The notes beneath the pieces are model-generated. The model was not told the origin of the DNA and did no database searches. It saw only the letters and a program-made list of their open reading frames with translations. 32,681 nt of DNA from Ginkgo biloba (taxonomy: Eukaryota > Plantae > Ginkgophyta). The stretch covers positions 162,906,048 to 162,938,728 of the forward strand of contig JANKJI020000002.1 in NCBI GenBank assembly GCA_024626585.2, given 5' to 3'. Position numbers and translations under genes: made by a program. This document shows positions 1 to 11,118 of this stretch, piece after piece (the stretch's first letter is position 1; each line of letters begins with the position of its first letter).

Positions 1-393
1 CTGCGTTGTATCAGACAACAAAATAAAGCTGAAAACCTTGAAGCATAATGTGCTTTGAGAACGACTAAGTTTTTGCAGACCCCTGACCATACGAGCAATT
101 GATCCAGTGACAAGACACCACAAACTTCAAAGTTTTGCCCCATTTTATTGAATAAATCAATACACATAAAATGCAGCATGCCAAACGTGCTTTGAGAAAA
201 CTTTTGGTCCAATACAGCAGATGATTAAGTTAATAACCAAGAGCAAAATAAATACAAGGATAAAAATGTCCCAGTGACTAAATCCCCCCCCAAAAAAATA
301 TAATTGAGGGAATACAAACCACTAACAGAAGCAAAAATGATATTTGGGGGAACATAAAACGAAAAAGAAGATACAGCAGCAGCAGCAGCATAC
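1..393 (-). other. CDKG intron; probable 3' acceptor exactly at window start
   Basis: Donor GTATG at 393. The minus strand ends TTTATTTTGTTGTCTGATACAACGCAG (branch-like CTGAT, CAG at 3-1), so the next exon (APE...) would begin just outside the window. Confidence 0.75.
374..390 (-). repeat. (TGC)5 microsatellite directly after the intron donor
   Basis: Plus strand reads cagcagcagcagcagca. Confidence 0.85.
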
Positions 394-522
394 CTGTACC
401 ATAAAGTGACCACGGTATTTGTGTAAGCTTTCAGTGGACTGCCATACTGACGAGCTAAACCAAAGTCACATATCTTTAACTCTCCCTTGTTGTTCAGAAG
501 GAGATTTGACGTCTTCAGATCC
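394..522 (-). CDS. CDKG: CDKG internal exon ([44 protein letters not shown])
   Basis: Acceptor GCAG|G at 523/522 and donor TACAG|GTATG at 394/393. 129 bp, phase 2/2; completes HRDLK and contains DFG. Confidence 0.95.
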
Positions 523-737
523 CTGCTTGAGGAAAGTCAGGAGACAGAGCAAGAAAGCACTCTTACTAGTATTACTTGTGGCACAAAATTCATGTTTTTT
601 TATTTTCTTTGTAAAGAAATGGAAAGAGCAATCAATCAGTATATGTGAACCATGTACTTAAATTAAATACTTGTTCCTTTCAAGAGAGAACATGAAAAAC
701 AATGTGTATGTAAATAAGAAACAAGAAAATAACATAC
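523..737 (-). other. CDKG intron (GT-AG, 215 bp)
   Basis: GTATG...GCAG, T-rich on the minus strand; splicing restores the HRDLK motif. Confidence 0.93.
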
Positions 738-2311
738 CTATGCAGTACCCAATTATCATGAAGGTACTTAACACCTTCAAGGAGTTGCAGCATCAGGCAT
801 TTTACTTCACTTTGGCTGAAAGGATGTTTCATAGATTCCAGAAGTGCCTTGAGATCATGTTCCATATACTCCATCACCATAAAAATACTATCCAAGTTGC
901 TGCCTACCACTACTTCCTTTACATCTACAACAGATGGGTGATGGAATGACAACAACACGTTGATCTCCCTCAACGAGGTCATGGGAAAACCCTCCCTCTC
1001 TTTTTCCATTTTTACCTTTTTCAAAGCAACAATCTCCCCTGTCTTCTTATTTCTGGCTCTATAAACAACGCCATAGGTACCTTCATCTATCCTGTTAAGC
1101 CTCTCAAATTCATCAACACTTCTGCAACCTTGCAACATATCAATTAACCGTTGAGGGGGTGATGGTGGGGAAGTTTGAGTTACAGGAGACTGCTCTTCCT
1201 CAGAATCTGATTCAGAAATTTGCTCGGGATAATCATCTTGGGCATCATCTTCCTCATCCAACTCCATAAGCTCTCTTCTATTCAATTCCCTATCATACTC
1301 TTCCTCTCGCCTGATAGTCTGTTCAAGTTCTCTGCCAGAACTTCCTCCACTACTTTCACCTCTGTCATTATCTGGACTTCTTGATCTCCCTTGGCCACCC
1401 TCCAATCTCTCACTAATATGATCTGCAGATTCAGCAGACAAACTCAGGTTGCTTCCCTGATTGCCTCCATTACGAGGAAAGAAACTAGAATCTTTGCTGT
1501 CCATGCTCACTGTATATTTCCTTGCTTTCTGTAAGCTTTCATCTTCAATAGACCTTGCATTTTTTGGTGAACTGTTTACATCTGCCCAGCGGGATGCAGC
1601 AATGTGTCTTGGTGGCAAAGTCTCTTCCTCATCCTTATATTTTAGCCTGTTTGAATGTCGTTCTAATTCTTGTCCACCACCCAGCATTGGAGACTCTAAA
1701 TGTTCTTGCATGTGACCATCTATATACTCTAAATCAGTATTGCTCTCAGCTTCAGGCGGTGGAGATTTAGGGTGCTGTTCTGAAGGCAACAACAGAGAAA
1801 CACGTTCTCCCACTCCAAAGGGCCAGGATGGTCTCTCCCCTGAACTGTTTGGCTGTATCTGACATGTGATAAAAGGATCCGGAGATACATTTCCCAGTTT
1901 TAGAGGGGGTAAAGGAGGTGGTGGTGGAAATTTTTGTGACAGATAAGACTGAGAAGACACCAGTCCTCCTGCATTCTGTCTCGCTGAAAATAATTTTTCT
2001 GGGCTAACCTTAGAACCATTGGCAACACCCAAGGACGATCCTAGGACACTTNNNNNNNNNNNNNNNNNNNNNNNNNNNNNNNNNNNNNNNNNNAGAATAT
2101 TTCCTCTTCTTTGGAATGGAATTGCCAGAGTCAGGTTTCTGCACCTCACCTTCAGACACATTTTGATTGGAAATAGGAATTACAACATAATCAGACATCC
2201 CACTGCCATCCTCAGAAAGACTCCCACTAGAAAGCTCTCCAGGCTCCCTGTCTGCAACCTTCCTAGCATGCATTCTCTCCCTCTCCATTTTGCTGACATC
2301 ACTTTCGCTCA
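738..2311 (-). CDS. CDKG: Cyclin-dependent kinase G (CDKG/CDK11-like), large coding exon: low-complexity N-terminal region plus kinase subdomains I-VIa; 5' end probably in the N gap 2312-2848
   Basis: Translation has DREPGELSS and KKRKYS (N-terminal CDKG-like motifs), then [42 protein letters not shown] and HDNWVLHR. It ends at donor CATAG|GTATG (phase 2) at 738/737. The frame change between ORFs 2010-2867 and 680-2161 falls on the 42-N gap (2052-2093). Confidence 0.93.
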
Positions 2312-2966
2312 NNNNNNNNNNNNNNNNNNNNNNNNNNNNNNNNNNNNNNNNNNNNNNNNNNNNNNNNNNNNNNNNNNNNNNNNNNNNNNNNNNNNNNNNN
2401 NNNNNNNNNNNNNNNNNNNNNNNNNNNNNNNNNNNNNNNNNNNNNNNNNNNNNNNNNNNNNNNNNNNNNNNNNNNNNNNNNNNNNNNNNNNNNNNNNNNN
2501 NNNNNNNNNNNNNNNNNNNNNNNNNNNNNNNNNNNNNNNNNNNNNNNNNNNNNNNNNNNNNNNNNNNNNNNNNNNNNNNNNNNNNNNNNNNNNNNNNNNN
2601 NNNNNNNNNNNNNNNNNNNNNNNNNNNNNNNNNNNNNNNNNNNNNNNNNNNNNNNNNNNNNNNNNNNNNNNNNNNNNNNNNNNNNNNNNNNNNNNNNNNN
2701 NNNNNNNNNNNNNNNNNNNNNNNNNNNNNNNNNNNNNNNNNNNNNNNNNNNNNNNNNNNNNNNNNNNNNNNNNNNNNNNNNNNNNNNNNNNNNNNNNNNN
2801 NNNNNNNNNNNNNNNNNNNNNNNNNNNNNNNNNNNNNNNNNNNNNNNNAACTCAGGGCCGAATTCATAGTACTCGGCTAGCAAGCTACACACTGGACAAT
2901 ACAGCGCTCGCACTGGTCGCATTTTCTCCATCATTCTCCCCAAAGAAAGAAATTTAGAATTCAGCC

Positions 2967-3122
2967 CTGTAAAGGAATTTTATCAAACAGTTGGTGTGCA
3001 CTGTGCAGTTTGGTTTACAATGGTTCTGGTACCAAGGATGAAGGCACTCCCGTGAAATAGCGCTGCCGCATGTTCTTCTCCCTGTTGAGTCTTCAATTGC
3101 AACCAATCTTGATAGGTTTCAC
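2967..3122 (-). other. Predicted 5' UTR intron of CDKG
   Basis: Donor AAG|GTGAAA at 3122 and strong acceptor ATTCCTTTACAG|G at 2967; motif-only prediction. Confidence 0.45.
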
Positions 3123-3187
3123 CTTTGTTCCGCTGGCACTCCAATCGAGTTCAATTTTAGAGTGATTTTCCGTCATCGACAGAATCT

Positions 3188-3452
3188 CTTGTCTAATTGA
3201 GCTATTTCACTCTTTCCATTAAACAGAGGTTCCTTCGCTAAAAGCTCCGCCATGATACATCCCAAGGACCACATATCAATAGCTGTTGAGTACTGCTTCG
3301 CTCCCAACAGAAGCTCTGGTGCTCTGTACCATAAAGTGACTACTGTATTTGTGTAAGCTTTCAATGGACTGCCATACTGACGAGCTAAACCAAAGTCACA
3401 TATCTTTAGTTCTCCCTTGTTATTCAAAAGGAGATTTGACGTCTTCAAATCC
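3188..3452 (-). pseudogene. Processed (spliced) CDKG kinase fragment, subdomains VIb-X (DLKTS...TLWYR|APELLLG...QLDK), upstream of the CDKG coding exon
   Basis: 3324-3452 matches exon 394-522 at 121/129 nt. It continues with no intron into [45 protein letters not shown]. There is an in-frame TAG immediately upstream and a stop four codons after the homology ends. Confidence 0.9.
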
Positions 3453-3602
3453 TAATTTCTGGAAGGTTGAGCCCGTATATTCAGAAATTGGTCCACCACC
3501 ATTGATGCATTCTGCACCAAGTGTCTCGCATGTCACTTGAAGATCGAAAGCCGTCTGGTTTGAAGCGCTCGGCGAGAGGTCCCTGTGAATCTTTAGCCTA
3601 GC

Positions 3603-3887
3603 CTGAGAATGAACAATTCAAAACCAAAACCTGTTTTGCCTACGCCTAAATTTTGCTCTATTTTTATGAATCTAAAATCTTCAGCCGCTGAAAACCTGAG
3701 ACCTTCGCTCCAGCCACAGGAAATCGTCTGTCCGAATCTCTAGAATTTCCAACTATCCCTTAAGTAAATATAACCAAAATAAATATCTTTAACCCTAGCT
3801 TTAGCACAAAATACTTTTCCCATAATTTTGTACAAAAGTATGATTCAACATGAGGAAAAAAATGTCGTGGGATGCTTGGAAGCTTAC
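3603..3887 (-). other. Predicted first 5' UTR intron of CDKG
   Basis: Donor TGG|GTAAGC at 3887, T-rich body on the minus strand, acceptor TTTTGAATTGTTCATTCTCAG|G at 3603; motif-only prediction. Confidence 0.5.
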
Positions 3888-4026
3888 CCAAACAGAACGG
3901 CTTGAATGAGAAGATGATTGCTGGTTCTTTGCGCCACTCCTGCAAGGTTTGGCACTCTCCAATCGTTACGCAGTAGCCGCCAGTTTCCTACCCGACAATG
4001 AAAATGTGACCAGAAATTTCAACGAT

Positions 4027-4408
4027 TCGGGCTTTGGCCAGTATATAGTCAAAGACTCGAATGAGCATGTGGTCACGTGGGACTCAAGGAGAGCGTATTT
4101 AGAATTTCACTTGGTCCATAGTGCTCAATGCTCTAGGGAACTTATAATTATAACATTAGGGATTTTGGGGTCCGGCTGAAATGGGTAGAAAGGATGATTA
4201 CTTATAATAATTAACGACGATTAACTATATTTTCATGACGTCAGTCCAAAGGCTTGCTATATCATGTTGAGGCCGCATTAACCTTTGGCCACAGCTAAGT
4301 TCACCCTTTACGTAGAGAGGAACCTGGATTCCATGTATTTATAGTGATTGATATCAATGGTATATCATTAATCTATGGTTTATCTCTAATTTTTTTTTTT
4401 GGCACGTG
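4027..4408 (-). promoter_or_regulatory. Putative CDKG proximal promoter
   Basis: TATA-like CTATATA (minus strand, 4042-4048), G-box CACGTG at 4074-4079 and 4403-4408, and palindromic TGACGTCA at 4236-4243, upstream of a GC-richer putative first exon (~3888-4010). Confidence 0.4.
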
Positions 4409-6979
4409 AGTTGAATTTTTGTGTTAAAAGAGGGAAGGGATTTNNNNNNNNNNNNNNNNNNNNNNNNNNNNNNNNNNNNNNNNNNNNNNNNNNNNNNNNN
4501 NNNNNNNNNNNNNNTCTTATATTTAATATATAATCTTATAGTATATTGTATACATATTATGAAATTCAATTGAATTGATCATATAATTATAATTTTTTTT
4601 AAATAACATATGTGGATCAATGATGCATGTGGATTTAGACAGAGCATAAATAATATTACATTTATAGATTTTGTTACACAAAATTAGACATCTTTTTAGG
4701 ACTATATTGTAAGAAGTTATGTGGCATGTAATAACATTAGGTGTAATAGGGTTTCCCCTTAAAAATGTTTATATATGTAAACCTTTTAGGTGATGGACTA
4801 ATTAGTAATGTAAGTTACATACAAGGCATTTGATGTCCATTTAGGTTGTCTAATGATGATTATGTTTAATTACCCCTTGAAGGCCATTTTTGTATAGTTT
4901 TTGTGACTTGCCATTACATGGCTCTTATTAATACTCGTCGAAGGTAGATTATTATAGTGACAGATAATGGATGTCTAATTAGTCATCATTCTTCTATCCA
5001 ATCATAGTGATTTATTTTTTAATCTTACTTTTGATTTGGTAGTATCAATATGCTGAATGTATAAATTTTTTAGTCTTTAAAAAAATATAACTTGTGAGAT
5101 TGGTGTGATTTCATTAATATGATTTATTCTTCTTATTATTGTTGAATGAAAATATGTGAATAAATTTATTTGTTTATGATGGCTCATCACATTTAAAGAT
5201 GGCTTATTATATAAATATCTTAAGAGATTTGATAATAAATGCAAGGAAGGTGATGTGATTTCTTTCTTTCTTATTATTATCTAATAGAAATAAATATGTT
5301 TACTTATATTTGTTGCCATATATTATACGCATCATATGTGTGGCCAATAGAGTAAGCTTGTTTACTTATATTATATCACTATGTTATGTTGTGGGGTAGC
5401 CACCTGGTATCAATCACTGAAATACCGAATGATGTAGCATGGATCATTAGTCCACCAAGCTACTCTCCTTATCCACCTCAAACACAGAGAAAAATAATGC
5501 AATAAAGCAAAACGCACAAGAATACGGAGGTTGAGTAAAGAAAGATAATATTGTTTATATGTGTGTGTATGTGTGTACACTAGTCCTTTTCCCGTGTTAA
5601 ATAATTGACATAGGAAAAGGACACCCCAGGGGNNNNNNNNNNNNNNNNNNNNNNNNNNNNNNNNNNNNNNNNNNNNNNNNNNNNNNNNNNNNNNNNNNNN
5701 NNNNNNNNNNNNNNNNNNNNNNNNNNNNNNNNNNNNNNNNNNNNNNNNNNNNNNNNNNNNNNNNNNNNNNNNNNNNNNNNNNNNNNNNNNNNNNNNNNNN
5801 NNNNNNNNNNNNNNNNNNNNNNNNNNNNNNNNNNNNNNNNNNNNNNNNNNNNNNNNNNNNNNNNNNNNNNNNNNNNNNNNNNNNNNNNNNNNNNNNNNNN
5901 NNNNNNNNNNNNNNNNNNNNNNNNNNNNNNNNNNNNNNNNNNNNNNNNNNNNNNNNNNNNNNNNNNNNNNNNNNNNNNNNNNNNNNNNNNNNNNNNNNNN
6001 NNNNNNNNNNNNNNNNNNNNNNNNNNNNNNNNNNNNNNNNNNNNNNNNNNNNNNNNNNNNNNNNNNNNNNNNNNNNNNNNNNNNNNNNNNNNNNNNNNNN
6101 NNNNNNNNNNNNNNNNNNNNNNNNNNNNNNNNNNNNNNNNNNNNNNNNNNNNNNNNNNNNNNNNNNNNNNNNNNNNNNNNNNNNNNNNNNNNNNNNNNNN
6201 NNNNNNNNNNNNNNNNNNNNNNNNNNNNNNNNNNNNNNNNNNNNNNNNNNNNNNNNNNNNNNNNNNNNNNNNNNNNNNNNNNNNNNNNNNNNNNNNNNNN
6301 NNNNNNNNNNNNNNNNNNNNNNNNNNNNNNNNNNNNNNNNNNNNNNNNNNNNNNNNNNNNNNNNNNNNNNNNNNNNAATTAAGCAACAAAGCCTTCTCTA
6401 GTTAAGTTTATTCCCAAAATTTATATTTTTGCATATTTAAAGGTAAAATATATATTTCAACATGGATTATACACTCGTAAAATTTAGAAATATGACATCA
6501 ACAGTAAGAATAGATCCTAAGAGGTTTTGAACTCAAAAATTTCATTTCTTTGAGATATTTACTATCAAATTCCAATTTGCATAACTAAGGGGGAGTCAAG
6601 GAGGCAAACATTCTATTTGTTTAAATGATTAAAAGGCTAACCTGTTTCTTTTCTAACTAAACTCCTATAACCTAATAATTATCCTTCTTCCCTAGATTAT
6701 TTTATAGAAGATAATATGCTTTTAAATGTTACTACCTTTAGTTTCATTCCCATCTCCATCACTATCTATTATTATTTCTATGAAGCATACTCTTAAACAA
6801 ATCTATAAACATTATTAAGCACCAAACTAGTTAACAATGTAGGGTGAATGTTGGACCAATAAAACTTTCCATTTCATCTTCTCTTAACAAACTCCCTAAT
6901 GCCCTCAATGGGATTTTTTCTTCTTCAATTCCATATGCTACACTCATGAGGAATACTATTGATCAATAGAGTTATTAAT

Positions 6980-7431
6980 TGATGCATACGATGGGCGCAG
7001 TGCGACCCTTGATCAACCAAACCACAAATTTAATCATGGAGGGTTAAACAATGCAATAGGAATATAGGAGTATTCACAAACAGTACCAAATACCTATAAA
7101 CTCGAGTTTAGCAAACTAAGATAGGGCACAGAGAAACACAAACATATTTATCTATTCAAATATGAAAGCATTTTCATTAAAAGTTCCCCATTGGGATTAA
7201 TAAAAATATCAAAGTAATACAAACTCCTCAGAGGATAATTTCAAATATGTATAGAATTTCTCTTCAGTCCCTTCCCCTCAGATCTCACATATTAGCACTC
7301 TACCACTCAATTTAGTTTGCGCCTCTTTCTTCTGCTCAATTCACCTCATCTACTCTCCTTCCTCCTTCTCTTCTCTCTCTCTCTCTACCTTCCTTCTTTC
7401 TGCCTTTTGCTCTTGTCTCTTACTCAATACA
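6980..7431 (-). repeat. 3' LTR of element A
   Basis: TG...CA termini. About 80% identical by eye to 13349-13636. A purine-rich PPT-like tract lies on the minus strand at ~7432-7453. Confidence 0.7.
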
Positions 7432-7820
7432 TCTCCCAACTCTAACTGCCCCCTTAAGCCTCAATAATGCCACTTTTGGAGTGTTCTCCCTCACTTCTCT
7501 TATTCCTAGTTTGTGAGGTCTTTATGATCATCATCAAATTCCTTACTTATCAAAACTAAAGACGATTCTTTAAATGCGCACTCACCTACCACTATTTATT
7601 CCTTTTAGATCAAAACTTCCTTTATTCTAACTCAACTTCTCTTCTCTGTTGGTCATCTTTCCTTCATTATTGGCATTCTCCCTATTTTATTTATCATTTT
7701 TATCGTTGATGTCAGTCCACNNNNNNNNNNNNNNNNNNNNNNNNNNNNNNNNNNNNNNNNNNNNNNNNNNNNNNNNNNNNNNNNNNNNNNNNNNNNNNNN
7801 NNNNNNNNNNNNNNNNNNNN

Positions 7821-8358
7821 ATCCATTTGCAATTCATCTTAGGAAACAACAAATCCCAAGTACACCAGACTTCGCTAAAAAAATTACACTTCTTCAAGTT
7901 AACAGATTGGTTCTCCTTTTAGAGTATTTCAAATACTTATCGAAGGCACTCCTCATGTTCTCTAACAATTTTGTTGAATACTAAGATGTCGTTTAAGTAA
8001 ACATTAACACTTTTCCCTAGGAGTGGTCTCAAGACAACGTTCATGAACCTCATGAACATGCTTGGTGCATTTGATAATCCAAATGGCATGACCCTCCATT
8101 TGTATAATCCATCTCTTATGTTGAATGCTATTTTTCACTCATCCCCTTCTCTGATTTGGATTTGATAATATCCGCTCCTCATATCTACCTTTGAAAAATA
8201 CAATGCTTCTGATAAGCAATCCATCATGTCACCCATGCATGGCATATAGAATCTGTATTTAATGGTGATCTTATTAATAACTCTCAAATTTGTACACATT
8301 TGCCATGATTTATCTTTCTTTGGCATCAACAGCACTCGCACTACACATGGACTCAAAC
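7821..8358 (-). pseudogene. Reverse transcriptase remnant of element A (C-terminal part)
   Basis: SLSPCVVRVLLMPKKDKSWQMC...YFSKVDMRSGYYQIQIREGDE, followed by MPFGLSNAP and a degenerate YxDD. Confidence 0.9.
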
Positions 8359-11118
8359 TGATACAACGTGATCGACGATATCCCCTACACATCGCACAGA
8401 CATGCGCACCCTCAAAATAACTCCTATGTTATATTCTGTCTGATGTCAGCCACAAAGTGTTCTATGCTGATGACATTGGTGAGGTAGACATTGGCCTCCC
8501 CCACTGAAACTATCAATGATCCTTAAAGATATTAGACATCAACCATAATAACTCTAACACTGACATGACTCTCTTCTCCACCGACAATGACACCTACTCC
8601 ATCGATCGTCCAACTGCTCCAAACCTCCACATCGACTTTATTGGTGAAATTTAAACTCTCGATGTCATTGCCACACCGCCCTCTAAGATCTTAGTAGACA
8701 GATCTTGCTGACAGTGTTGGCACACTCACAGGCAGAGTTATCAACCTATCACGTCGACTATAGCTTCACTAATAAACCCACATATATTTGATCACATAAT
8801 AAGCAATTATTCATTCATTCAATGACATGGATTAAACGATCAACACACCACAACATCAAAATGACACATAATATTTGTACTGGAGAAACCCTCTTGGGGA
8901 ATAAAACTCTAAGTATTTTAGCAATAAACCATTAGATTAGTTTTTCAAGAGCCTTTATGGCTAACCCTTGCTAATGAAGGTTGTTACAAGTAATTTTACT
9001 AAATTCATAGAAATGGGCCACTACCCTTGAACCCTCGAGTTGCCTGACACGGCATGTCTACTCAACAATCCCCAATTCTGCATCTTTGATAGATTCCTCA
9101 ATGCCTCCACTTCATATCCATAACTTCAGGACAAAATTTTACGTCATCCTAGTTGAGCTGCCTCTCCCCTAGTAATCTGCCCAATCTCTTAGGCTCTTTT
9201 GTCTTCTATGACTCCTTTGGTTCACTCGCTCGAGCCCTATAGGTATGCAAACACTCCTAACCTCTCTGATTTGCCTATGCTTGGCATTCTTCCAGTATTC
9301 TACACACATTCCTAGCTTGGGAATTTAATTAGCCTTGTAATTTCTCACCAGGGTTTGAATCCCTTGGTTCTACCTTTAAATCGAATGCCAAATCACACTA
9401 ACAAATGCCTTCAATGGCTTTAACACTCAACTCCTTAATCATCANNNNNNNNNNNNNNNNNNNNNNNNNNNNNNNNNCCATCAACCAACCAACACTCCAA
9501 CTATCCAACCCTTAATTTAATTAGCCAACCCCTAAATTAATTAGCCAACTTGTTCTTCTTCTATATACTGGCTTTTATAACTGAGCTCCAACGGACACAA
9601 ATGACTAGGGCACAACGTCTCCTACGAATCTAATGGGTGGGTTAAGTGACCAATTGATGTCTATAATGGATTTCAACCATACATNNNNNNNNNNNNNNNN
9701 NNNNNNNNNNNNNNNNNNNNNNNNNNNNNNNNNNNNNNNNNNNNNNNNNNNNNNNNNNNNNNNNNNNNNNNNNNNNNNNNNNNNAATTTAACATATCGGG
9801 CCACTACCCTTGAACCTCGATCTGCCTCACTCAGTGCCTCTACTCATCTTCCACAGTCACTCTGTGTCTCTAGCATATTATTCAATGCCTTAACTCCATA
9901 AGTCACACAGGATATAATTCCACATCGCCCACCTCCTTGAGATTCCTCTCTTGGTGGTATTCCCAGTCAATCAACCTCCATTGGCTGTTATAATACTATG
10001 TAGCTCACTCACTCAAACTGTACAAGTCTACAATCAACCCTCAATCTCTACAACTCACCTACACTTGGAATTCTCACACTATTATGCACACCATAAAAAT
10101 TTTACTAGCCAACCCACCAATAATTCACTAAGATAACATTCCAACATCTCTAGCTAGCCAATAGTTTATCCTTCAATGCAATGGATTTTATAGATGAGCT
10201 TCAATGATCATAAATAACTAGTGATCAATGTCTCCTTCAACTCCAATGGATGGATTAGGTGAGAAAATAATCCTTCAACAAGTTTCATTCATAAATTCCC
10301 TACAATGATATTCTATAGCTTCACCATCCTCTTCTTCATCTTACTTAGCCACTTAGTGGTTAAAATATTAAATACATCCATATACCACCAATGGTATCCT
10401 TCTCACCTTCCTTCTTAGCTCTTTTGGTGCATGCATATGAATTTAAATTATTTAATTGAGTCTCATAAGACTCTTTTTGACATCAGTCATCCAACATAGC
10501 CTTCTATTCATCCTTTATAACATTATTTTTATATCCTAAAACCATGTCAATGAACTTCTTTGCATCCAACAATGTCGATCCTCCATAATGCATGTCGGTG
10601 TCGATCTTGGCTTAACTTGTCTCTAAGCATGTCGATCTACAAGGTTTTATCAATGATGATGTTAGCCATATCACTAGTCCACTGATAATGTCTCTCTACA
10701 ATGCAACCTCACCGACGATGTCGACCTTGCTACAACTATTTCAATGATATTGAACTGTAGTTCATCGATGATGTCGGTCTTCACCTCTTAAGTCCCCAAT
10801 GATGTTAGCAAACTTTTGTCATTGTCGGGCTCCTCCATTATTCCACTGACAACATTGGTTTATGACATATCCTCATCGATGATGTCGGCCTACCATGCAT
10901 TTTTGTCAATGATGTCAGTCTTTGACATGTCTTCATCGATGACATCAATTTTAAAAAATACTTCCACCAATGTAGGTCACTGTAAAATGCTATCGATCTG
11001 CCAAAATGATCTATTTTTTATAATTAAATATCGCTCCACTAACTTAGACGTCGCTCTGCCTTGACATGTCAAAATTGTGCACGTTGTCGGTGTGCTACTG
11101 TGATTCTCCCGTATTACA
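8359..11118 (-). mobile_element. Nested non-coding insertion, probable large solo LTR, splitting the RT of element A
   Basis: TG...CA ends. The RT frame (GFI*ES|LSPC) rejoins across it with a duplicated aaact/aac. 8881-8915 is a 33/35 reverse-complement match to 14061-14095 in the LTR of element B. Confidence 0.72.

Noticed and set aside
283-349. C-run/G-run possible intronic hairpin
   Set aside because: Short, low-complexity pairing that is expected by chance.
419-949. Plus-strand ORFs 419-661 and 671-949 (also 1461-1770 and 3349-3540)
   Set aside because: Antisense shadows of CDKG exons with no independent motifs.
2052-2093. Apparent frameshift in the large CDKG exon
   Set aside because: It coincides with an N gap of estimated length, so it is not evidence of pseudogenisation or recoding.
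3173-3448. A separate tandem CDKG gene
   Set aside because: No N-lobe exon is visible upstream and no C-terminal exons lie between it and the main gene. It also has an in-frame stop just upstream and lacks the intron.
5406-5413. TGGTATCA PBS-like motif
   Set aside because: The match does not extend, and no LTR end or gag is visible before the gap.
5580-6389. Long ORFs spanning N runs (also 2019-2957, 2290-2880 and 2299-2943)
   Set aside because: Artefacts of translating through gaps.
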